From: a virus
DNA: 64,000 nt
Direction: 5' to 3' (one strand)
Virus record (IMG/VR): IMGVR_UViG_3300028829_004116
Coordinates: 28,256-92,255 of that record
Shown here: one piece after another, positions 39,918 to 48,094 of the stretch
Layout of the letters: the number at the start of each line of letters is the position of its first letter
Numbering within the stretch: position 1 is the first letter of the stretch
Translations under genes and position numbers: made by a program
Notes under the pieces: generated by a model
What the model was told of the DNA's origin: nothing
The model's input: only the letters and a program-made list of their open reading frames with translations
The model's database searches: none

Positions 39918-40205
39918 CCGACATTCTCACCGTGAGACATATGAGAAACACAAAGTGTAGGAGATAATCGCCCTACCTCATACATTTCGCATGACATTCT
40001 CACTTTCTCATGTTTCTCACTCAGTATGCCTTACACATATATACATACATAATACATACTGATATATATAATAATAATAATAAGAAAATAGAGTTAAGAG
40101 TATATGAGAATATTGAGAATATGAGAATGTGAAACACTTTGTTTTCTATAATCCCAATATATACTACAAACTGTTTTCTCATGTGTGTCTCAAATGAGAA
40201 TGTCC
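39918..40205. repeat. TTCTCA/TGAGAA iteron-like repeats around an AT-rich core (candidate replication origin)
   Basis: About 10 copies in both orientations, non-coding, near the strand switch. Confidence 0.5.
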
Positions 40206-40514
40206 AACGGATTGTAATACATAGTATAAATTAAATAAAACATAATAAAGTAAATAATACAAAGTGTTTTTTAGGTTTGGTTTCTTATGTGAACATTTGA
40301 AATAATTGGTTCAATGCGTTCAAGTGACTTGAGATAGTCAATGAGGGGGCCAAATGGCTATAAGGTGGTGGCGGTTTGAATGCAGCGAATGAAAGTAAGT
40401 GTAGCACTCTACACTAGGTGTAGCGCATAACACCACTATTATTCACCAATAATTATTATCTGTTTTAACTACCATATGGTTGCGGTATCGTTAATTTGTT
40501 TAGTAGCAACCTCG

Positions 40515-40556
40515 AAAAAAAGGCCCCCCACCCCTCCGAAGAAGGGTGAGGAGCGG
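40515..40556 (-). terminator. GC hairpin plus T-tract
   Basis: CTCACCCTTC-TTCG-GAGGGGTGGG followed by T7 on the - strand. Confidence 0.6.
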
Positions 40557-40599
40557 CACTCCTACTTAAAAGCAGGTGAAAACGACTAATTCGACTTAA

Positions 40600-40626
40600 T
40601 CATTCATCATCATCAAAGAGGTTCAT
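40600..40626 (-). CDS. Micro-ORF MNLFDDDE
   Basis: ATGA-coupled to the upstream gene; peptide recurs elsewhere. Confidence 0.5.
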   Translation of the reverse strand: MNLFDDDE

Positions 40627-40976
40627 TGAGAAGCCGCCTTAATGGATGCGATTTTGGCTTTAGTGAGTCGCTCACTGATGTTTTCGATTGTTCGGTCACG
40701 AGGAACCGACAAATCGGGATAAGCATTGAAAATTGCATGAAGCATCTTTGACGATTCTACAACATCGGCTTTTTCAGCCTCATTCAATACCACTTTCAAG
40801 CGTGTTCCCTTGATAATAAGGTGAACCTGTTCAACCCATTGTCCGACTCTTGGCGAGTCGGGGTGTTGTTCAATTCGCTCCAAATACATTTGAACATCAT
40901 CAATGTTCATTGGGTCGTTTGCTTCATTTTCAAGCCATATGTTGGCCTTCGCTACTACTTTTTCGGTGTCAAGCAT
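40623..40976 (-). CDS. Hypothetical (probably early) protein
   Basis: GGAG RBS; preceded by the palindrome/TATA cassette. Confidence 0.6.
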   Translation of the reverse strand: MLDTEKVVAKANIWLENEANDPMNIDDVQMYLERIEQHPDSPRVGQWVEQVHLIIKGTRLKVVLNEAEKADVVESSKMLHAIFNAYPDLSVPRDRTIENISERLTKAKIASIKAASQ

Positions 40977-41704
40977 TCTTATCTCTCCTGCCCTTTCGGG
41001 TATTATTATCATCTAATTAAACCCTATAAGGTAGTAAGCAAATCAGCCTTACCATATGGTTCAAGATTTCAAAAAATAAAAAGTTCAGGCGAAGCGAAAC
41101 TTGTTAAAGGGTGGCTTGAGGGTGGTGAAAAGAACAAGTCTTTACTTTGCGGTTTTTTGAAACAACGAAGTGTCTTTAATCTCAGGCTCGTACCTTACCA
41201 TATGGTAATAACGACAAGTGAAGTGTAAGGAGTAAGCAGTATTCAATGAACAATACTGCTACGACGCAACATTCTTCACCGAGTTTATCCTTAATAAAAG
41301 GTATGGACATTCCATTTTCCGAGGGAGTGAACTCCCCGTGACAAAATATTGCCCACCCTCATACCACCCTATTTTATCACTATCGGAACCATATGGTAAG
41401 GAAACATAATGTTTTCTATGTTAAGCGAAAAGAAATGTATGCAAAGACTAATACATTCTTTGAGCGGCAGGGCTATTAGCCCAATAGAAGGGCATTAGTA
41501 TTGCGAAACCTGACGAAAAATAAGGACCGTAAAAGACGACTTCGCAAACCTTTGCTTCATTTCCCTCCCACATGCACACCCATATTCTGCAAAATTTGCC
41601 TCACCGTTTTTTACTTGCTTCGCATCCATATGGTAAGGAAAATTTGTCGAACACCTTATATCTATTTCGTCATAGGTAATGATACCCGAAGGGGGTTAAG
41701 TATT

Positions 41705-42370
41705 ATGGCTGATAAAACAGACAAAAAAATGATGACTGACGATGAATGGAATGCGTGGACCGCTGATGTTAAAACATTTGTAGAAAACAAGGCTGAGGTT
41801 TTGCGACTTACAGCACTTCCCGAAAACGATGAACAGTTGCGTGGAGGCGAGGCATTTAATGCCGATAACTTTGAAGATGATTTTCAAGATATTGTTAATT
41901 TCTTAAGCCGTGGTTCTACCCGAATCGCTATGCGTGGAATATACAAGACTGATATTCTTTCCCGTGGTCGAAAAATGTCACTTTGGCCTAAGCGTCAAGG
42001 TGGCGGTGTTTCAATGCCAGCATATCAACAAACGGTTCTTAATCAAGCGGATGCAATTTACTCAGAAGCATATACCGCTTTTTGGAATGTTCTTGAAGAA
42101 CACGGTGCTTCTCACCTTGAAATGACTCGTGCTTCAAATGTCAAACAAGAAGATGGGCAACCTTACTCGAATGTTCAAGCATTCGTTAAGACTCGAAAGA
42201 CTTCAAAGATTGCAGGTCTTAAAGCAGACATCAAGGACAATCTTTGGGTTGATGCAAATAACGAAAAGAAGTTCAGTATTTCAAATGCACTTCTTCGACC
42301 TGCCGACCCATCAAAAGCACCTGTGGTCGAACAGGCTCAAGACGACAATGAAGAAGAGGACTCTCAATGA
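41705..42370 (+). CDS. Hypothetical (probably early) protein with acidic C-terminus
   Basis: Probable start MADKTDKK at 41705, after the palindrome/TATA cassette and a GGGGG RBS. Confidence 0.7.
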   Translation: MADKTDKKMMTDDEWNAWTADVKTFVENKAEVLRLTALPENDEQLRGGEAFNADNFEDDFQDIVNFLSRGSTRIAMRGIYKTDILSRGRKMSLWPKRQGGGVSMPAYQQTVLNQADAIYSEAYTAFWNVLEEHGASHLEMTRASNVKQEDGQPYSNVQAFVKTRKTSKIAGLKADIKDNLWVDANNEKKFSISNALLRPADPSKAPVVEQAQDDNEEEDSQ

Positions 42371-42396
42371 GTATCTTCTTTGACGACGATGAATGA
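42367..42396 (+). CDS. Micro-ORF MSIFFDDDE
   Basis: ATGA-coupled; peptide recurs. Confidence 0.5.
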   Translation: MSIFFDDDE

Positions 42397-42543
42397 TTTT
42401 TAATCATTCGGGGAATTGACGGGTTAAAGAAAAGAACTCGCTGTGTTGAGTAAACAATGCAGGGCAAAACAAATCGGAGTTATGGATTCTCCTTAAAAAT
42501 CCACCTTTTTTAAGGCAAGGTCTATCATACAAATTACTTTGAT

Positions 42544-42602
42544 ACCATATGGTAAGGATAATTTGTAGCACACCTCATATAGGTTTTGATGGCGGCTAAG
42601 GT
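42544..42602 (+). promoter_or_regulatory. Promoter-like cassette CCATATGGTAAGG-n3-ATTTG-n7-ACCTYATA
   Basis: Same cassette at 41626(+) and 41059(-); TATA-like box about 22 nt before ATG 42603. Confidence 0.55.
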
Positions 42603-42776
42603 ATGTTTTGGAAGAAACGAGAACCGAAGTTTGTAATTAAAGTTAAGCAGAACCGCTACGAGAAGTTCATCATTGATGAATTGCGTGTAAGTGCGGATAG
42701 TCAAGAAGAGTTAGAAAAAGAACTCATTCTTGCACTAAAACAAATCTCTCAACAACTTCAGGAGATGAACGCTTGA
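42603..42776 (+). CDS. Hypothetical protein (57 aa), not in ORF track
   Basis: MFWKKREPKF...; probably leaderless; coupled to the next ORF. Confidence 0.6.
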   Translation: MFWKKREPKFVIKVKQNRYEKFIIDELRVSADSQEELEKELILALKQISQQLQEMNA

Positions 42777-42970
42777 TGAGAATTGGCCCTGTTGCACCTT
42801 TAGGTCATGGCTTTGTTGAAAAGCCTTATACTAATTGTAAATGGTGTCAAACAAAACTCGACCCCAACCAACACATGATGTATTATTGCGATACCGCTTG
42901 TTTTCATAAACAAAACATAACGGGTGGAATGATACAAACCTTTTATGTTCCAAAGGAGGAAGAAGAATGA
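42776..42970 (+). CDS. Small Zn-finger protein
   Basis: CKWC...YCDTAC. Confidence 0.6.
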   Translation: MRIGPVAPLGHGFVEKPYTNCKWCQTKLDPNQHMMYYCDTACFHKQNITGGMIQTFYVPKEEEE

Positions 42971-43131
42971 AATACCCAGAAAAATTCATAACAGCGGCTC
43001 TAATTAAAATGGACTCCGAAGAACTTTCTGCTTTGGCAGATGCTCTATGGGAAGATTGGAAAAGAGTCAACGATGCTTTGAATGTAGTTAAGGATATGGA
43101 ACTACAACAAAGTGAAGCAAGTGAAGAATAA
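42967..43131 (+). CDS. Hypothetical protein (54 aa), not in ORF track
   Basis: GGAGG RBS, ATGA-coupled; MKYPEKFITAALIK... Confidence 0.6.
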   Translation: MKYPEKFITAALIKMDSEELSALADALWEDWKRVNDALNVVKDMELQQSEASEE

Positions 43132-43134
43132 TTC

Positions 43135-43460
43135 CTTAGCGGTGGAGGGTGGCATAAGGTGGGGTATGATAATGATGGTAAGTTATCTACGCCCTTTCTA
43201 CCTAATCTTGGTGATTAAAGTGATAAATATAAAAGAGAGTAGTAATTCTAATCTCGGCCAAAAATAATTACCGAAAGGGTGTAAGGCCCTTTTCTACTCC
43301 CTAAAAAGAGATATGTGGGTTTGTTTAATAAAAATACTAAAAGTTTAAGGCTTGTTTTCGTTTGTGCTTCGTTTATTCGGGGTTTTTTGATAGAACATAA
43401 GATGGCGGCTGTGAAAAGTCGGTCTTAGGTATTTTCCCACTATCTTTTTTTTCTTTTTTT
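43135..43460 (+). ncRNA. Putative structured non-coding RNA
   Basis: Three multi-stem domains ending in a long T-tract; no ORF. Confidence 0.35.
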
Positions 43461-43534
43461 ATGATAAGGCTTGGTTACAAATTACCCCTTACCATATGGT
43501 ATGCACAGCATAATACCGCAGGAGGTGAACAGGA

Positions 43535-43570
43535 ATGATTTGTGAAGACGATGAATGCGATTGCGAATAA
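43535..43570 (+). CDS. Micro-ORF MICEDDECDCE
   Basis: Strong GGAGGTG RBS in the repeated ACCGCAGGAGGTG cassette. Confidence 0.45.
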   Translation: MICEDDECDCE

Positions 43571-43631
43571 TCATTCTATTTCTGTTACCATATGGTAGGC
43601 GTAAGCATAATCTACCGCAGGAGGTGTAAAA

Positions 43632-43655
43632 GTGTTCTTTGACGATGACGAGTAA
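43632..43655 (+). CDS. Micro-ORF MFFDDDE (GTG start)
   Basis: Strong GGAGGTG RBS; peptide recurs. Confidence 0.5.
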   Translation: MFFDDDE

Positions 43656-44673
43656 CCCCGTATCTAACTTTTCTTACCATATGGTAGGGCTGGCGTGACA
43701 TGTAAATGTATAGCCAAAATGCACACCTTACCTATATATAAGGACATATCTTATGGAACTTTAACACAGCCGTTCCTTATTCCCACCCTCAAGCACACCC
43801 TACATTCGTCACTCTCCGTGTTAAAATTCCATAACATACTTTCTACTACATAGAACCATATGGTAATAATAATGAGGAAGGAGTAGGCAGTATTCACAAG
43901 ATAATACTGCTACGACTGAACGAGTATATATATATCCTTAAAAAATAAGGACATAATGTCATTATTTTCGTTAGTAAGTGAAAATATCTTCCCACCCACA
44001 TACCTACCCATATTTTTATTATCTACGAACCATATGGTAAGTAAAAAGGTAGTCCAAAAATTTACCTTACCATATGGTTCACTTTGGGAATTTTTTTATT
44101 AAAAAACATTAAATACGCAAAGCCCGTCATAATAAATATGCGAGATTTTATGAAAAAAGTTGTGCGCCAACATAAAAATACCTTATATCTACCCTCAATG
44201 TGGGCCATGATGGAAGAAATAGATAAAATATTATGGCTTTGGGACCATTTTGACACACTTTGGCGCAACTCATACCCCCCTCCAGCCAATAATCAAGAAG
44301 AATTAGGCTTAATACTTGCGGAGATACGCAAAACTCGGCAAAACTGTAAAACTTTATATAGACATTGCGAGTTAGACTGTAATAGTTGGAGTGCATTACA
44401 AGACTTACCTTTAGAAACTCTCGTAATTCGCCAAAAGGGGAATACACTTGACAAAAAAGACTCAAATAAACAAAAAGATACGGCGAAAGAAAGGAGAGCC
44501 AAGTAAAAAGAGTGAAAAGTTAAGGCCAAATAAACCAAACTATCAAAGAAAACAAAGGAGAAATAAATAATGTCGGGAATAAACTTTCGCTGGGAATGGA
44601 TTAAAAAAGAAAAATTTTTTTTCGCTAGTCCCAAAAAAATTCCCGGCCAATTTTTGAAAAAGGCGGTGTAATA

Positions 44674-45345
44674 ATGGATTGGAAGGATATATTAAAAATT
44701 AAAATAAACAGTTTAAGTGATGCTTCAAGGGTAGCGAGAGATTATGTGCCGGAAGATTACATAGAGGGGCATTTACTTACACAAGAAGAATATGATAAAT
44801 TGTCCAATGAGGAAAAAAGAAAATATCATAAGAAAGTTTATAATAAATACGCAAATTTAAATCTAAATAATAGAAGAGAGGCCAAATGGCATAATAACAA
44901 TGCAGGGCGAATAAAGACCGATATAGGAAATGCTATTTTAAAACCCCACCCCACAGAAGAAGAAGATTTTAAGCCAGCACCAACAGGCTTTCCGGCAAAA
45001 CCAAATAGTTATAAAAATATTTTACAAGGGTCAGGTAGAAGATTATATGGACCATATAGACTTCGTACAGCAAAAGCACACGGATATAGAGTACCGAGAA
45101 AACCACAAAGAAAAAGGGGTCCAAAAAGAAAAAGGGGTGCAAAAAAGGGTTCAAAACACGAGTCTACAAAATTAAGAGAAAAACGACAAAACGAGAAAAT
45201 CAACCAAATCATCGTTGATTATTTTAAAATCTATAACAGTAGGTTTGGCCGTAATCCCACTTTACAAGAAATAGCAAATGAAGAGGATAGACCCCTTACA
45301 GTAGATGAAATTGAATCGTTTAAGAGATATGCACAGGGTAGGTAA
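44674..45345 (+). CDS. MDWKDILK-leader basic protein
   Basis: Leader; K/R-rich; C-terminal RNPTLQEIA HTH-like segment. Confidence 0.75.
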   Translation: MDWKDILKIKINSLSDASRVARDYVPEDYIEGHLLTQEEYDKLSNEEKRKYHKKVYNKYANLNLNNRREAKWHNNNAGRIKTDIGNAILKPHPTEEEDFKPAPTGFPAKPNSYKNILQGSGRRLYGPYRLRTAKAHGYRVPRKPQRKRGPKRKRGAKKGSKHESTKLREKRQNEKINQIIVDYFKIYNSRFGRNPTLQEIANEEDRPLTVDEIESFKRYAQGR

Positions 45346-45350
45346 TTAAA

Positions 45351-46031
45351 ATGGGTTGGCAGGATATTTTAAAGTCGAAAGAGGAAAGTCGAAAACAAGA
45401 ACGAGATAAACTTTTAGAGGAATTAGTAAATAATGTTCATTTTTTTAACCCTAATATAGGAATATTTCCTATTGTTCGACGGCCTGTGCCGAGATTGAAA
45501 CCCTTAGTAAGAAGTTTAGAGTTTATGAGGCCCATTAAAGATGATATAAAATTTTTCCCATTCGGTGAACGAAAGATTTATGTCGAATATACTTTTGAAG
45601 TATTTGGGATAGAATGTGGTATTAGTTATAGGTTAAGAGAATTAGGTCAAATTTCTGAAGATAATTTTATTACGATAGGCGGAAATGAAGTATGTGTGAA
45701 GGCTACCAGTGAAATGACGAATGGAGATTTTTTAACTACCTTAGTGTATGCGGTAAAAAATAATGCTATTCCCGACATTGTAAAATTCGTCACCTATTCG
45801 TCATCCAAAGGACATAAATATCGTGTGGACTCACATGTTTATGATTCCAGTGAAAAGAATTATAAAAGGTCTTTTCTTATTCAACTTTACACGGAATGGG
45901 AAGAATCTGATTTATTTGATAATAATGAAGATATAAATATGGAATTAATAAATAACAGTTTTAATTTAAATGATATTAATTTCTGGCTTGCTCAATTTGA
46001 AGTGCCTGAAGACATTTTAGGGAGATGGTAA
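45351..46031 (+). CDS. MGWQDILK-leader protein, paralog of 46033-46728
   Basis: Shared LEFM.P, C.KAT.EMTNGDF, PE..LG.W. Confidence 0.8.
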   Translation: MGWQDILKSKEESRKQERDKLLEELVNNVHFFNPNIGIFPIVRRPVPRLKPLVRSLEFMRPIKDDIKFFPFGERKIYVEYTFEVFGIECGISYRLRELGQISEDNFITIGGNEVCVKATSEMTNGDFLTTLVYAVKNNAIPDIVKFVTYSSSKGHKYRVDSHVYDSSEKNYKRSFLIQLYTEWEESDLFDNNEDINMELINNSFNLNDINFWLAQFEVPEDILGRW

Positions 46032-46032
46032 T

Positions 46033-46728
46033 ATGGGTTGGCAAGATATATTAAAGAATAGAAGACGAGATACGGCTCAAGAGATACTAATTTCCTTCCG
46101 AGAATTTACACCAATACGAGAAATAACTAAAGAGGAAGAAGACCGAGTTCTTTCATCTATGTATTTCGACACTAGGCCCCTTGTTTATAAAAGAACTTTA
46201 GAATTTATGAAACCCTTTGATGAAATTAAGAGAGATGGTTTAGATTTTGTTTTTAAATTCGATATAGAGGGAGTGCCTTTTACATATAAATTGCCGTTTT
46301 TACCGGATAGTGCGGCTCGTGCGGGTAGAGGTATTGGTGAAAAAGCATTCGATAATTTCCCGAAAATGGACTCAACTGGAATGCGTTTTTGCATAAAGGC
46401 CACAAGAGAAATGACAAATGGGGATTTTATGGTTACACTTCTTCTCGCAAGTGAAAATAACTCATTACCTCCAATTCTTACTCTTCCCGCATATGTAGAA
46501 AGACACATGCCGGAAACTAAAATGCACGAATCATTATCTTTCCCCACAGACAGCAATGTGAGAACCATTTTTGATGGAAATGAACTCGATTACAAGACAA
46601 CACTTTTAGAGAGAATATGGGAACATGTAGAAGGTCTTGATGAAATGGACTGGCCGAAGGTTTTCATTTGGAAGATTAATGAACAGTTAAAGGAATACAT
46701 ACCTGAAGAATTATTAGGGAAATGGTAA
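46033..46728 (+). CDS. MGWQDILK-leader protein, paralog of 45351-46031
   Basis: Shared LEFM.P, C.KAT.EMTNGDF, PE..LG.W. Confidence 0.8.
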   Translation: MGWQDILKNRRRDTAQEILISFREFTPIREITKEEEDRVLSSMYFDTRPLVYKRTLEFMKPFDEIKRDGLDFVFKFDIEGVPFTYKLPFLPDSAARAGRGIGEKAFDNFPKMDSTGMRFCIKATREMTNGDFMVTLLLASENNSLPPILTLPAYVERHMPETKMHESLSFPTDSNVRTIFDGNELDYKTTLLERIWEHVEGLDEMDWPKVFIWKINEQLKEYIPEELLGKW

Positions 46729-46729
46729 T

Positions 46730-48094
46730 ATGGGTTGGCAAAATATATTAAAGGCTTTTGACCGAGACGAATGGGAAAAATTTTTTAACGAACACATAAA
46801 CCCACAATTAAAAGGGTGGGAAATTAGGCCATTCTGGTCTGGAGATGTAGTTTTTCAAAGTTTAACCGAGAACTTAAGCATTAGGGGTAATATTCCAAAA
46901 GAGATATTTGTTCGAAATCCAAAAGACGGGGGTTTCTTTAATATTAACCTAATCTTGAGGTTACTAAAACCTTCTATTCGTTCATTAGATTGGTTTTTAG
47001 AAGTTACTAAAAATCTCGATGTAAAGTATGAGAGTGATTTAATTACTGTCACAGGCGAATCCTCGTTAAGTTATACTATTATGTCAACTCAACTGAAATC
47101 GAGTGGCTGTTATGAAGTGGAAACTGAAGAAGGTTATAATATTTGTATAGAAATAGATGGTGCAAAACCAGTAGGAGATAATATATTAGCATTAACATTG
47201 GCGTTGTTAAATGATGAATCAACAAGAAATGAAATTCAAGGTATTGACGAATATTTAGACCGAACCGGAGAGGTTGAATGTCAGATTTGTGGCAATTACG
47301 AACAAGTAGCATTTGGTGATTATAATTATGAATTTAGATGTGATGCATGTGGGGCTTCCTCAAATGTTGAACAAATTAATTTTGCTCCCGGTTTTTCAGC
47401 CGAAACAACTGTTTTATACGCAGAAGGACCTGAGGGGACATTTGACCCACAGTATAATCATGCTTATGGTGATAAATTTTATCAGGGTAATAAGTTATTT
47501 TCACTATATGACCCTGAAAATTATGAATTATTTGTAGTAGGTTATGGTGATAATGACTTTAACGATATATTGTTTGAGACAAATGTGGAGGGCGTATATG
47601 AAATAGAACATGGTACGGAACTATATTCGGAAGACGGTTATGAAATTGATATAGAAACTGTATATAATAATATTGGAGACGAAAATGAATTTATTAATTT
47701 TGCGAAAGAATATTATGATATGGAATTAATTTTAAATACTTTAGAGTATGAGGAAGACGGAGAATATTGGACCAAAGATGGAAAAAAATACGAACTCGTT
47801 GACGGAGAAATGATTGAACAGGATAAAGATGAAATTACAAAGAACTTAAGTAGTAAAGCCGTTCTCCCTATTAATATGAAGTGGACAGACTATCTTAAAA
47901 AAACTTCTAAAACAGAGGCTGGGGATTGGGAATCTGCCTTAAAGAGTTTTATTTCCGATGGTAAAAAATTGGGAATACCTTTGTCGGTAATGGAATTATT
48001 AAAGTTGGCTAAAGAAGCAACGACTTCGCAAAGCGAAGGTTTTGAAACCCTACACCGACCTACCTTCAGTGAGGAGGAAGAGGAAGATGTTTGA
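46730..48094 (+). CDS. MGWQNILK-leader acidic protein with CI...GD...LALLND domain and Zn ribbon
   Basis: ICIEIDGAKPVGDNILALTLALLND; CQICG/CDACG; internal MKWTDYLK at 47876. Confidence 0.75.
   Translation: MGWQNILKAFDRDEWEKFFNEHINPQLKGWEIRPFWSGDVVFQSLTENLSIRGNIPKEIFVRNPKDGGFFNINLILRLLKPSIRSLDWFLEVTKNLDVKYESDLITVTGESSLSYTIMSTQLKSSGCYEVETEEGYNICIEIDGAKPVGDNILALTLALLNDESTRNEIQGIDEYLDRTGEVECQICGNYEQVAFGDYNYEFRCDACGASSNVEQINFAPGFSAETTVLYAEGPEGTFDPQYNHAYGDKFYQGNKLFSLYDPENYELFVVGYGDNDFNDILFETNVEGVYEIEHGTELYSEDGYEIDIETVYNNIGDENEFINFAKEYYDMELILNTLEYEEDGEYWTKDGKKYELVDGEMIEQDKDEITKNLSSKAVLPINMKWTDYLKKTSKTEAGDWESALKSFISDGKKLGIPLSVMELLKLAKEATTSQSEGFETLHRPTFSEEEEEDV

Larger units (their letters stand above)
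40471..44078. repeat. Dispersed 10-bp palindrome ACCATATGGT, 11 perfect copies plus 1 variant
   Basis: Copies at 40471, 41051, 41197, 41388, 41625 (variant), 42544, 43491, 43587, 43676, 43855, 44029, 44069. Confidence 0.9.

Noticed and set aside
41501-41704. N-terminal 68 aa of ORF 41501-42370
   Set aside because: Runs through the palindrome/promoter cassette; the real start is probably ATG 41705.
40471-44078. CRISPR array interpretation of the ACCATATGGT repeats
   Set aside because: The repeat is only 10-14 bp, spacing is 40-950 bp, and there is no cas operon. The Cas4-like nuclease sits in the replication module, as is common in viruses.
44062-44634. Overlapping ORFs 44084-44506(+), 44062-44289(-), 44148-44465(-), 44293-44634(-)
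   Set aside because: No clear RBS, low-complexity A-rich sequence, no motifs; cannot be supported as genes.
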